Assembly: GCA_965198225.1 (NCBI GenBank)
Contig: CBDAOY010000009.1
Location: 1,024,001 to 1,088,000 of the forward strand
Reading direction: 5' to 3'
Origin: Terriglobia bacterium
GTDB taxonomy: Bacteria; Acidobacteriota; Terriglobia; 20CM-2-55-15
DNA: 64,000 nt
This document shows positions 28,563-38,189 of the stretch, one piece after another. The position numbers and the translations under genes are program-made. How positions within the stretch are numbered: the stretch's first letter is position 1; each line of letters begins with the position of its first letter. Under the pieces are notes generated by a model. It saw nothing but the letters and a program-made list of their open reading frames with translations, ran no database searches and was not told the origin of the DNA.

Positions 28563-29678
28563 ATGCAGGTCTCTCCGTCGGATTCCACGAGCGATTTGTC
28601 GGTTCGGGCCGCTGCGGCTCGCGCCGCCGTTGACGTCTGGGTACGCGAGGTTGTCGCCTGGCATTTCGACACCGAAACGGGCTGCCCGTTCTGGCTCGAA
28701 TACGCGAGAAAGCTTGGCTGGGATCCTCGCGACGAGGTCAAAGGTTTCGATGATCTCAAGCGACTGGGGGCGTTCGAAGACGAGTGGCTGCGAGGGGGCC
28801 CAGTGGAGCGGTGGCTGCCACGAGGTATGGCCGGCAAGCCCGTTTACGTCTTTGAAACCGGCGGAACCACCGGCATTCCCAAGACGCGCGTCGCCTGTGA
28901 CGACTTTCGGACCGACTACGAACTGTTCAGCGAAACGTTGCCGGACGAGTATTTTCCGAGGGGTTCGAATTGGCTGATGCTCGGACCCTCCGGTCCCCGT
29001 CGCCTGCGATTGTCCGTCGAACACCTCGCGCAGTACCGGGGAGGTATCTCTTTCTGCGTCGATCTCGATCCGCGGTGGGTCATCAAGCTCATCAACAAGG
29101 GCTGGACCGAGCACCTGCAAGCCTACAAGGACCACGTGATCGATCAGGCGGTTACGATTCTCCAGGCGAACCACGATGTCCGCTGCCTGTTCACGACGCC
29201 CAAGCTGCTGGAAGCGCTCGCGTTGCGGTTGGAATCAATGGACACGACGATCCGTAAGGCGGGGATCACCGGTATATTCTCGGGCGGCACCGAGTTTACG
29301 CCCCAGTGGAACCGCTTCGCGCACGAAGAATTGCTCGACGGCGCCTACATGACGCCAACCTACGGGAACACGTTGATGGGGCTGGCTGCCAGCGCCCCGA
29401 GCGGCCCGCACAACAACTACAAGATCGCCTACTATGCGCCGCAACCCCGCGCCCTGATCGAAGTTGTGGACTTCGACGACACCGACAAGGTCGTCGAGTA
29501 CGGCGAGCCGGGGCGTGTGAAGCTCACGACACTGACGAACGAGTTTCTCGTGCCGGGGTTCCTCGAGCGCGATGAAGGTGAACGCGAGCCCCCCTGCGAA
29601 AACTACCCGTGGGACGGCGTCAGCGGTGTCCGGCCGTACCGTGGCTTCGCGAAGACGACCACCATCGGGGTGTACTGA
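28563..29678 (+). CDS. EhpF/GriC-like truncated adenylate-forming enzyme (ANL superfamily)
   Basis: WHF..ETGCPFW, ETGGTTGIPK P-loop, DLDPRWV, PTYGNT, ERD; 371 aa with no full C-terminal ANL subdomain. Confidence 0.75.
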   Translation: MQVSPSDSTSDLSVRAAAARAAVDVWVREVVAWHFDTETGCPFWLEYARKLGWDPRDEVKGFDDLKRLGAFEDEWLRGGPVERWLPRGMAGKPVYVFETGGTTGIPKTRVACDDFRTDYELFSETLPDEYFPRGSNWLMLGPSGPRRLRLSVEHLAQYRGGISFCVDLDPRWVIKLINKGWTEHLQAYKDHVIDQAVTILQANHDVRCLFTTPKLLEALALRLESMDTTIRKAGITGIFSGGTEFTPQWNRFAHEELLDGAYMTPTYGNTLMGLAASAPSGPHNNYKIAYYAPQPRALIEVVDFDDTDKVVEYGEPGRVKLTTLTNEFLVPGFLERDEGEREPPCENYPWDGVSGVRPYRGFAKTTTIGVY

Positions 29679-29690
29679 GGCACGGCACAC

Positions 29691-31130
29691 ATGATCCAGA
29701 TTCCCGTCTTACGCTGGGGCCAGCCATACGAGAGTCTCGACGTCGACGAGGTCGTACATTTCTCGACCGGTGAGCCGATCGCGAAGGTCGGTCGTGCAAA
29801 CGGCGGTCTCATCCAGCGTGACATGCGTAAGGCCCCGCAGGCTCGCGATGCGCTCACGGCCATCCCGATCGAGGAGTTGGTTGCCCGGGTCGGCCGGGCC
29901 GGTGAGTTGTACATGGACGGGACTCTTCCGATGGGCGACGGCACCCAGACTCCGGAAGAGTTCGTTCGTGCTCAGTCGGCCAGCACGGGCCTGCCCGAGC
30001 ACATGTGCCGGGCGAACATGCAGAAGAACGGTTTCGTCCTCGCCCAGATGGATCGGATCCTGACGTCGTTGACGCGAGGTCTGGAACTGGATGTCCTCAC
30101 CCGGGGTTTCGGTGAGGAGCGCGGCGTGCCGATCAGCTTCCAGTCGCAGAGTCCGGTCCTCGGGCTGGTGCTGCCGTCGAACTCGCCGGGAGTGCACACG
30201 CTCTGGCTCCCGATCATCCCGCTGCAGGTCGGGCTCGTGCTCAAGCCGGGGCCGCAGGAGCCATGGACTCCCTACCGCATGGCGGAAGCCTTCTTCGAAG
30301 CCGGAATCCCCCGAGAGGCGATCTCCGTCTATCCGGGGGAGGCGGACATCGGCGCGGCGGTTCTGGACTCCTGCGGGCGGAGCCTGATCTTCGGCGGAAC
30401 TGCCACCGTGGACCGATATCGCGGCAATGCCCGTGTCCAGGCGCATGGCCCGGGGTTCTCGAAAATCCTCCTCGGCGACGACCAGGTCGACCGGTGGGAG
30501 GATTACATCGACCTGATGGTCGACAGCATCTTCATCAACAGCGGTCGCAGTTGCATCAATTGCTCCGGGATCTGGGCCTCCCGCCACACGCGCGAGATTG
30601 CCGCGGCGCTGGCCGAGCGTCTCGGGACCGTGCGGGCGCTTCCGCCCGACGACCCGGAAGCGGGGCTGGCGGCCTTCACCGTCCCCGGTGTGGCCGATGC
30701 GGTCTCCGAGGCGATCGAGGCGGATCTTCAGGCGCCGGGAGTGACTGACATGATGTCCGGCTACCGAGAGAATGGCCGGGTCGTCAAGGAGGGCCTCGCC
30801 GATTATCTGCTGCCGACCGTCGTACACTGCGAATCGCCGGACGCGGCAATCGCCGGCAAGGAATACATGTTCCCTTTCACGACCGTGGTGGAGTGTCCAG
30901 AGTCCAGGATGATCGATGCGATCGGCCCGACGCTGGTCTGTACCGGCATCACGTGTAATCCGGGTTTCCGGCAGCGGCTGATCGACGCCGTGCACATTGA
31001 CCGGTTGAACCTCGGTCCCGTCCCGACGACGAAGCTCAACTGGCTCCAGCCTCACGAAGGCAACATCGTGGACTTCCTGTTCCGTGCCCGCGCGTTCCAG
31101 AGCGAGCCGGTTGGGGGCAGTGACGACTGA
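29691..31130 (+). CDS. Aldehyde dehydrogenase-fold protein, GriD/LuxC-like reductase
   Basis: LPSNSPG, LKP, IFGG, NSGRSCINCS (catalytic Cys), EYMFP; HGPGFSK replaces the canonical ELGGK. Confidence 0.82.
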   Translation: MIQIPVLRWGQPYESLDVDEVVHFSTGEPIAKVGRANGGLIQRDMRKAPQARDALTAIPIEELVARVGRAGELYMDGTLPMGDGTQTPEEFVRAQSASTGLPEHMCRANMQKNGFVLAQMDRILTSLTRGLELDVLTRGFGEERGVPISFQSQSPVLGLVLPSNSPGVHTLWLPIIPLQVGLVLKPGPQEPWTPYRMAEAFFEAGIPREAISVYPGEADIGAAVLDSCGRSLIFGGTATVDRYRGNARVQAHGPGFSKILLGDDQVDRWEDYIDLMVDSIFINSGRSCINCSGIWASRHTREIAAALAERLGTVRALPPDDPEAGLAAFTVPGVADAVSEAIEADLQAPGVTDMMSGYRENGRVVKEGLADYLLPTVVHCESPDAAIAGKEYMFPFTTVVECPESRMIDAIGPTLVCTGITCNPGFRQRLIDAVHIDRLNLGPVPTTKLNWLQPHEGNIVDFLFRARAFQSEPVGGSDD

Positions 31131-31139
31131 CAAACAGAT

Positions 31140-31207
31140 TGTAGGTGCGGTCTATGACCGCACATTCTTCGGACCGAACACCGTGCGCTCATAGAGCGCA
31201 CCTACAC
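31140..31207. repeat. REPIN inside the operon, ending 5 nt before the GT4 start codon
   Basis: tgtaggtgcggtctatgaccgcac...gagcgcacctacac. Confidence 0.9.
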
Positions 31208-31212
31208 CCACC

Positions 31213-32550
31213 ATGCGAATCTTATCCATCACGGCCGGCGCAGCAGGGATGTACTGCGGCAGCTGTGCGCGCGACAACTCGTTGGCCGCCGAGCTGTTGT
31301 CGCGTGGGCACGACGTCACGCTCGTTCCCGTCTATACGCCGACCCGTACCGACGAGCCGAACATCTGCCGGCCAGAAGTGCTGTTCGGTGGCATCAGCGT
31401 CTACCTCCAGCAGCACCTCGCGCTCTTCCGGAAGACCCCGCGGTTCCTCGATCGCCTGTGGGATTCACCGGGCGTCATCGACGCATTTGCCGGGCGTGCC
31501 ATATCGAATGATCCGAAGCTGCTGGGCGATCTGACGATATCGATGCTACGGGGGAAGGAAGGTGTTCTCAGGAAGGAGTTCGACAAACTGTTGGACTGGC
31601 TGGGCGGCGAGCCGGTACCCGACGTGATCAATTTGCCCAACTCTCTGCTGATCGCCCTGGCCGAGCCGCTTCGCGACGCTCTCGACCGGCCGGTCTGCTG
31701 CACCCTGCAGGGGGAGGAACTCTTCATAGACGGGCTTGTGTCCCCGTATCGTGAGCAGGCGCTCGAGCTCATTGCCGAGCAGGTCCCGCAGGTCGACCGT
31801 TTCATTGCGGTCAGCGAATACTGTGCCCGCTTCATGACGGGGTATCTTCGGATCCCCGAAGAAAAGATGGAGGTCGTGCACCTTGGTATCAACATGACCG
31901 GCTACGCGCCACCGCCGACGGGAAAAGGAGACGAGGAGTTCTGCGTCGGGTATTTCGCGCGCGTGGCACCCGAGAAGGGACTGCACGTTCTTGCGGATGC
32001 CTACATACGTCTGCGACGGAAGACGGCCTCATCGCCGATCCGGCTCGAAGTGGCTGGATACACCGCGCCCGACCACGGGGATTACATGGCGGGCATCGAA
32101 GGCACGCTCGGGGAGGCCGGACTCGCAGACGAGTTCTCCTACCGTGGAGTCGTCGACCGCGAAGGCAAGCTCGGTTTCCTTCAGAGCCTCGACGTGCTGT
32201 CGGTACCCGCGACCTATGACGAGCCTAAAGGGATGTTCCTACTCGAGGCGATGGCGAACGGAGTGCCGGTCGTTCAGCCTCGCCGGGGAGCTTTCACGGA
32301 GATCGTCGAGAAGACCGGCGGCGGACGGCTGGTTGAACCGGACGATCCCGACAGCCTGGCGGACGAGCTCTATAACCTGTGGCAGGATCGTTCGAAGGTC
32401 GCATCACTTGCGGAACGGGCCTACCGGGAGGTCCGGGAACATTACACCGTGGGCCATTCGGCATCGAGACTGCTCGACGTGTACGGGGACCTCCTTGCGG
32501 CCGGCAACAAATCCCTTACCGGGCCCTCACAGATTGTCGCCGGAGATTGA
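31213..32550 (+). CDS. Glycosyltransferase family 4 (GT-B) protein with N-terminal CxxC
   Basis: RGHDVT, ARVAPEKG, EPKGMFLLE (EX7E), AMANGVPVV; YCGSC near the N-terminus. Confidence 0.9.
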   Translation: MRILSITAGAAGMYCGSCARDNSLAAELLSRGHDVTLVPVYTPTRTDEPNICRPEVLFGGISVYLQQHLALFRKTPRFLDRLWDSPGVIDAFAGRAISNDPKLLGDLTISMLRGKEGVLRKEFDKLLDWLGGEPVPDVINLPNSLLIALAEPLRDALDRPVCCTLQGEELFIDGLVSPYREQALELIAEQVPQVDRFIAVSEYCARFMTGYLRIPEEKMEVVHLGINMTGYAPPPTGKGDEEFCVGYFARVAPEKGLHVLADAYIRLRRKTASSPIRLEVAGYTAPDHGDYMAGIEGTLGEAGLADEFSYRGVVDREGKLGFLQSLDVLSVPATYDEPKGMFLLEAMANGVPVVQPRRGAFTEIVEKTGGGRLVEPDDPDSLADELYNLWQDRSKVASLAERAYREVREHYTVGHSASRLLDVYGDLLAAGNKSLTGPSQIVAGD

Positions 32551-32552
32551 CG

Positions 32553-33233
32553 TTGCTGGAAGTTTCCAGGCTAGGCAAGCAATACGAGACGCCCCGCGGG
32601 CCGCTGACGATCCTGTCGGACGTGAGCTTCTCGATGGCCGGCGGAGACGCGGCCGCCATCATGGGCCCCTCAGGTAGCGGGAAGAGCACCCTCCTCTATA
32701 TTCTGGGGGCGCTGGACCCTCCCACGTCCGGGTCGGTTACGCTCGACTCGCAGAATCCTTTCACTCTGTCGGAGAAGGAACAGGCCGCGTTTCGCAACGA
32801 ACGCGTCGGGTTCGTTTTTCAGGATCATTGCCTCCTGCCGCAGTGCACCGTCGTCGAGAACGTCCTCACACCGACACTCGTTCACCCGCGTCACGCCGGC
32901 GAGAAGGCGCGCTTCAGTGAGCGCGCCCGCGAGCTCCTCGGAGCCGTCGGCCTCGCGGATCGCGTGGAGCACTTGCCCTCCGAGCTCTCCGGCGGGGAAA
33001 AGCAACGCGTGGCGCTGGCCCGGGCTCTGATCTGTGAGCCCGACCTGCTGCTGTGCGATGAGCCGACAGGTAACCTCGACCGATCCGCGGCCGAGACGGT
33101 CGCCGAGATGATGCTCGACATGCACCGGCAGCAACAGAGGGTGCTGGTGGTCGTCACCCACAATCCGGAGCTTGCGGCCCGGTTGCCGATACAATTCGAC
33201 TTGATCGGCCACCGCCTCGAGCGGCGGTCCTGA
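32553..33233 (+). CDS. ABC transporter ATP-binding protein (LolD/MacB type)
   Basis: GPSGSGKS, GFVFQ, LSGGEKQRVALARAL, DEPTGNLD, VTHN; TTG start after GGAG. Confidence 0.93.
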   Translation: MLEVSRLGKQYETPRGPLTILSDVSFSMAGGDAAAIMGPSGSGKSTLLYILGALDPPTSGSVTLDSQNPFTLSEKEQAAFRNERVGFVFQDHCLLPQCTVVENVLTPTLVHPRHAGEKARFSERARELLGAVGLADRVEHLPSELSGGEKQRVALARALICEPDLLLCDEPTGNLDRSAAETVAEMMLDMHRQQQRVLVVVTHNPELAARLPIQFDLIGHRLERRS

Positions 33234-33237
33234 TGTT

Positions 33238-36200
33238 ATGACGAAGATGCAACTCTTCTACCGCAACCTCACTCATTACTGGCGGACAAACCTCGCCGTA
33301 ATCGCGGGCGTTGCCGCCGCGGTAGCGGTGCTTGCCGGTGCGCTTCTGGTGGGAGATTCGGTGCGGGCGAGCCTGCGCGACCTCGTACTGATGCGCCTGG
33401 GCGAGACTTCATTCGTCATCACTTCGGAGAACTTCTTCCGCGAGGGACTCGCCGGTGAACTGTCAGCGAGACCGGACTTTCAGAGTTCATTCGCCGACGC
33501 GGCTCCGCTTATAGCGCTCGACGGCGTCGTGTCACACGAGAACAGCGGCCGGAGGGCCTCGGGCGTGCTGGTCTACGGCGTGGACGACCGTTTCTGGGTG
33601 TTCAACCGACGGACGGGACCGCCACTCGAGAGCCGGGAAATCCTTCTGAGTCCCAGCCTCGCCGCCGAGTTCGGCGCGGTGGCGGGGGATTCGGTCCTGG
33701 TTCGGGTCCGGAAACCCTCGGCTGTGGCTGTGGACTCGGTGCATAGCGACAAGGACTCGTTCGGCGCCTCGCTGCGGGTGAGTGTCGCCGCGACTCTTGA
33801 CGCCGATGAGCTCGGGGAGTTCACCGTGCGGCCTCAACAGGGAGCCGTACGGGCCGTTTTCGTTCCGCTCGAGCGATTGCAGAGTGCGTTGGAGCAGCCG
33901 GGGAAGGTGAACGGGATCCTCGTCTCGGACCGCCGGGAACTCTCGACGGGCGCCGACCCCGAGGCAAGGCGCGGGCAGCTCGAAGATCTGCTGCGTTCCA
34001 CGTATGCGTTGATAGACCTCGACGTGCAGGTCATCGAGCTACCCACCCGGGGCCCTGGCCTCGAGTTGTCTGTTGAAAGCGGGCGCGTGACGCTGGATGA
34101 CCGCGTCGCCGAGGCGACGCGGTCGGCGATCCTCGAGCTGGGCTGGGAGACGACGGGCGTGTTCACATACCTTGCGAACACGATTCGCATCGGAAGCCGC
34201 GAAGTGCCGTACTCGCTCGTCTCGGCCGTGGACGGTGAGGCGTTCGCTTCGCTCCCCGGCGGAACCGGTCCACAATCCGAAGAGGATCCACCGCCCCTCT
34301 GGTTGAACGAATGGGCATGGAACGACCTCGGCGCAAGCCCGGGCGAGACGGTCGAGTTGGAATACTACGTGTGGCACGAAGGCGGCCGACTCGAAACGAG
34401 AACAGCGGAATTCCGGCTGGTGGCGTCAGTCGAGATGACCGGGCTCGGTGGCGACCGGAGGCTCGCTCCCACCTTTCCGGGCTTGTCGGATTCACCCACG
34501 GTAGCCGACTGGGATCCCCCGTTTCCGGTCGATCTTGATCGTATTCGACCGAGGGACGAGGACTACTGGGAACAATACCGCACCGCGCCGAAGGCATTCA
34601 TCCCTCTGGATGTCGGACAGCAATTGTGGAGGACGCGATACGGAGAGCTGACTGCGTTGCGCCTGAGTCCCCCACCGGAGACTCCGAGCGGTGTGGCGCT
34701 GGCCAGAACCGAACTGGAAGTGCGGGAAAGGCTCGATCCCGTAGCTGCCGGCATGGCCGTCTATGCTGCCCGTGCTGCCGGTACCCGGTCGTCGAGCGGG
34801 GCGATCGACTTCGGTCTCTACTTCATCTCCTTCAGTTTCTTCATCGTTGTTTCAGCCGTACTGCTGGCCAGTCTTTTCTTCCGTCTCGGCGTTGAGCAGC
34901 GGTTGCGCGAAATCGGACTTCTGGAAGCTGTCGGGTTCGGGGCCGCCGACATCCGCCGGCTGTTCGTCGGGGAGGGAATACTCCTGTCCGCACTCGGCAG
35001 CCTGATCGGAGTTGCCGGAGCCGTGGCGTACGGCGCTGTGATGATGTACGGCCTGCGGACCTGGTGGGTCGACGGTGTCGGGACCACGTTCCTGCGGCTC
35101 GAGATCGCCCCGTTGTCCCTGGTGATCGGATTCGTGGGTGGCATGGCCACCGCGGCTGCCTGCATCTGGTGGACGCTTCGCGGATTGCGGTCTCTTTCGC
35201 CCAGAAGCCTCATTGCCGGTTCGAGCGAGGCGGCACCCGTACCGGCTTCGAAGAGACGCAATGTCTGGCGGTGGGCGGCGGCGGCCACACTGGCGGCATT
35301 CGCCCTGCTGGGGGCGTCATGGGTCGAGTGGCTCGACGTCGCCGCCGGCTTCTTCGGAGCCGGGGCCCTGTTGCTCACGGCTTCGCTGTGTGCGGGGTGG
35401 GGATGGCTCGCTTCCAGGAAGCGCCAGGTTGTGCTGGGTGCAACCGGAGGGGTGGTGCGGATGGGTTTCCGGAACGCCTCGTGGCGCCCCGGCCGGAGCC
35501 TGCTCTCGATCGGGATGATGGCGTCGGCCGCTTTCATCATCGTTTCCGTGGACGCTTTCCGTCGGGAGATTCCAGAGGGATTCGACCGAAGTTCCGGCAC
35601 AGGCGGCTTCGCTTTGCTCGCCGAATCACTGTTGCCGGTTGCCTACGACCTGAACACCGATGCCGGCCGGCGGGGCGCGGGTTTCGATGACGAGGAACTC
35701 AACACGCTCCGAGCCGCCCGGTTTTTCTCTTTCCGTCTCCGCCCCGGAGAGGATGTCAGTTGCCTCAACCTCTATCAGCCCCAAAACCCGCGTGTCCTCG
35801 GCGTGCCGGATGAACTGATCGAGGAAGGCCGCTTTTCTTTCCAGAGTTCCCTGGCATCCACTCCTGACGAACGCGCCAACCCCTGGGCATTGCTCAACAC
35901 GCAATTTCCAGACGGCGCAGTCCCGGCTATCGCAGACGCCCACACCCTGACCTACATCCTCAAGCGCAAGCCCGGCGAGGATTTCGTGTTCCAGCATGAG
36001 GGGCGATCCCTGCGTCTGCGCCTCGTGGCGGCCCTGGCCGACAGCATATTCCAGAGCGAGTTGCTGATTGCCGAGAGTAACTTCATGAGCCTGTTCCCGT
36101 ACCATTCCGCGTTTCGCATTTTCCTGATCGATTCGGAAGCCGACCGAATCGCCGATGTTGCCTCGGCACTGGAAGAAGGGCTTGCCGACTCCGGCCTGGA

Positions 36201-36627
36201 TGTGATTCCGGCGCGAGAGAGGCTGGAAACGTTCCACCGCGTCGAGAGCACCTACATTTCGACGTTCCAGTCGCTGGGTGGTCTGGGACTCCTGCTCGGA
36301 ACGCTGGGTTTGTCGGCAGTCATGCTGCGGAATGTGTTTGAACGGCGGAGAGAGATGGCGCTGCTTCGCGCCACGGGCTACCGGGCTTCGGATCTGGCGA
36401 CGCTCGTGGTTGCTGAGAACACCGTCCTCCTTTTCGGGGGGCTACTGAGCGGCGTCGTCGCGGCCGGGCTCGCAATCATGCCGGCGCTACTGGCCCGGGG
36501 CACAATTCCCGGCGGTTCGCTGGCCTGGATGCTCGTCGGAGTGGTTCTGGTCGGGCTGCTGTCGTCGGTTGCCGCGGTGATTGCCCTGTTGCGGGCGCCG
36601 TTGCTGGCAGACCTGCGGTCCGAATAG
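33238..36627 (+). CDS. Large FtsX/MacB-like ABC permease (two fused repeats)
   Basis: Two sets of TM-periplasmic domain-3TM; EQRLREIGLLEAVGF and ERRREMALLRATGY motifs. Confidence 0.88.
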   Translation: MTKMQLFYRNLTHYWRTNLAVIAGVAAAVAVLAGALLVGDSVRASLRDLVLMRLGETSFVITSENFFREGLAGELSARPDFQSSFADAAPLIALDGVVSHENSGRRASGVLVYGVDDRFWVFNRRTGPPLESREILLSPSLAAEFGAVAGDSVLVRVRKPSAVAVDSVHSDKDSFGASLRVSVAATLDADELGEFTVRPQQGAVRAVFVPLERLQSALEQPGKVNGILVSDRRELSTGADPEARRGQLEDLLRSTYALIDLDVQVIELPTRGPGLELSVESGRVTLDDRVAEATRSAILELGWETTGVFTYLANTIRIGSREVPYSLVSAVDGEAFASLPGGTGPQSEEDPPPLWLNEWAWNDLGASPGETVELEYYVWHEGGRLETRTAEFRLVASVEMTGLGGDRRLAPTFPGLSDSPTVADWDPPFPVDLDRIRPRDEDYWEQYRTAPKAFIPLDVGQQLWRTRYGELTALRLSPPPETPSGVALARTELEVRERLDPVAAGMAVYAARAAGTRSSSGAIDFGLYFISFSFFIVVSAVLLASLFFRLGVEQRLREIGLLEAVGFGAADIRRLFVGEGILLSALGSLIGVAGAVAYGAVMMYGLRTWWVDGVGTTFLRLEIAPLSLVIGFVGGMATAAACIWWTLRGLRSLSPRSLIAGSSEAAPVPASKRRNVWRWAAAATLAAFALLGASWVEWLDVAAGFFGAGALLLTASLCAGWGWLASRKRQVVLGATGGVVRMGFRNASWRPGRSLLSIGMMASAAFIIVSVDAFRREIPEGFDRSSGTGGFALLAESLLPVAYDLNTDAGRRGAGFDDEELNTLRAARFFSFRLRPGEDVSCLNLYQPQNPRVLGVPDELIEEGRFSFQSSLASTPDERANPWALLNTQFPDGAVPAIADAHTLTYILKRKPGEDFVFQHEGRSLRLRLVAALADSIFQSELLIAESNFMSLFPYHSAFRIFLIDSEADRIADVASALEEGLADSGLDVIPARERLETFHRVESTYISTFQSLGGLGLLLGTLGLSAVMLRNVFERRREMALLRATGYRASDLATLVVAENTVLLFGGLLSGVVAAGLAIMPALLARGTIPGGSLAWMLVGVVLVGLLSSVAAVIALLRAPLLADLRSE

Positions 36628-36630
36628 CCC

Positions 36631-36659
36631 GTGTAGGTGCGGTCTATGACCGCACCTAC
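36631..36659. repeat. Single REP extended to a full palindrome
   Basis: gtaggtgcggtc-tat-gaccgcacctac. Confidence 0.85.
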
Positions 36660-36747
36660 CTCGGTTTTGGGCATTTGGGCGTGCTTCAATAGCGAGTCTG
36701 TCGTCCCCGTTGGTGATAGACTTCCGCGAATCCAAATAGGAGAACCC

Positions 36748-38022
36748 GTGCGAATCCCAGCACTTCTTATCGTCTTGTCGATTGCGGCCGTTCTGGTGTG
36801 GCCCTCCCTGATCCAAAGCCAGGACCCCGGCGTCGCGATGATCGCGGTCGAGGGAGAAGGCGATCAGTATTGGCCGCGCTGGCGTGGGCCTTCCGGGCAA
36901 GGGCTCGCCAACGGCAACGACTATCCGGATACCTGGTCCGCAACCGAGAACATCGTCTGGAAGACGCCGGTTCCGGGAAGAGGGAATTCGTCGCCGATCG
37001 TGTGGGGCGACCGCATCTTTCTGACGACCGCATACGGCGGCGGGGAACGATTCTCCCTCCTTGCCTTTCGACGCTCGGACGGGGTGCGGCTCTGGGAGAG
37101 CTTCGCTCCCAGGGGGCGGTCGGAGTCGGTTCATCGCAAGAACGGGCATGCATCCGCGACGGCCGTGACCGACGGAGAGCGCATCTACGTCTCCTTCGGC
37201 GCCCGCGGACTGATGGCCTTCAACATGGACGGAGGGATCGTCTGGCACCGGGATCTGGGCGGGATGAGCAACTACCACGGTACCGCCGGTTCGCCGCTGC
37301 TCTACCGGAACCGGATCATCCTGTACCAGGATCAGCGTTCCGGTTCGTTCGTCGCCTCATTCGACACGCGTACGGGTGAAGAAATATGGCGGACGGCGCG
37401 GAACGCCAGCGTGGGATGGGGCACTCCCGTTGCGATCCGGGCCGGCGATCACGACGAGATCATCGTCAGCAGCCAGCGTCGCGTGCAGGCCTACGATCCC
37501 GACACGGGCCGGGAACTATGGCGGTGCGGCGGCAATCTCTTCGAAGTCATCCCGACGCCCGTCGTCGGTCACGGAATGGTCTTCTGTTCGTCCGGCCGGG
37601 CCGGCCCGACACTTGCCATCCGCCCGGGTGGAAGCGGCGACGTGACCGACAGCCACCTGGTGTGGAGTAGTCCGAGAGGTTCGCCTTTCGTTCCATCTCC
37701 TCTCCTTTACGGGGAGTATCTCTACATCGTGAACGACATGGCGGCGATTGCGACCTGCTTCGAGGCCGCTACGGGAGAGGTCAAGTGGCAGGGGCGACTC
37801 GGCGTCGCACAGCGCGAAGGGTTTTCGGCTTCGCCCGTTGCCGTGGACGGCAAGGTGTTTTTCACGAATGACAACGGTGAGACCTTCGTCCTCCGCGCCG
37901 GACCCGAGTTCGAACTGCTTCACGTGAACGACATCGGCGAACGGACACTGGCGTCGCCGGCACTGGTCGACGGTCGCTGGTACATCCGGACCGAGCGGAA
38001 CCTGATCGGGATCGGCAGCTGA
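36748..38022 (+). CDS. Secreted PQQ-binding-like beta-propeller repeat protein (BamB-like)
   Basis: WPRWRGP, SSPIVWGDRIF, repeated D..TG...W docking motifs, ASPA..DGR.YIRT; AGGAG then GTG at 36748. Confidence 0.9.
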   Translation: MRIPALLIVLSIAAVLVWPSLIQSQDPGVAMIAVEGEGDQYWPRWRGPSGQGLANGNDYPDTWSATENIVWKTPVPGRGNSSPIVWGDRIFLTTAYGGGERFSLLAFRRSDGVRLWESFAPRGRSESVHRKNGHASATAVTDGERIYVSFGARGLMAFNMDGGIVWHRDLGGMSNYHGTAGSPLLYRNRIILYQDQRSGSFVASFDTRTGEEIWRTARNASVGWGTPVAIRAGDHDEIIVSSQRRVQAYDPDTGRELWRCGGNLFEVIPTPVVGHGMVFCSSGRAGPTLAIRPGGSGDVTDSHLVWSSPRGSPFVPSPLLYGEYLYIVNDMAAIATCFEAATGEVKWQGRLGVAQREGFSASPVAVDGKVFFTNDNGETFVLRAGPEFELLHVNDIGERTLASPALVDGRWYIRTERNLIGIGS

Positions 38023-38040
38023 CGTCGGCTCGAGTCTTGG

Positions 38041-38110
38041 GTGTAGGTGCGGTCTATGACCGCACATTTTTCGAACCGCAACAACGTGCGCTCACAGAGC
38101 GCACCTACAC
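38041..38110. repeat. REPIN (A+B REP pair)
   Basis: Consensus REP pair. Confidence 0.9.
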
Positions 38111-38189
38111 CTCTGTAACCAGAACACCAAAGTCAACGTAGGCTAGAATAAGCGGTAGGACCGACTCTCGCTGCCCTAGGAGGAGAACT

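Noticed and set aside
28563-31130. Bioluminescence luxCE or a complete phenazine cluster
   Set aside because: No luxAB/luxD or phzA-G homologs in the window; only the adenylase-reductase pair is present
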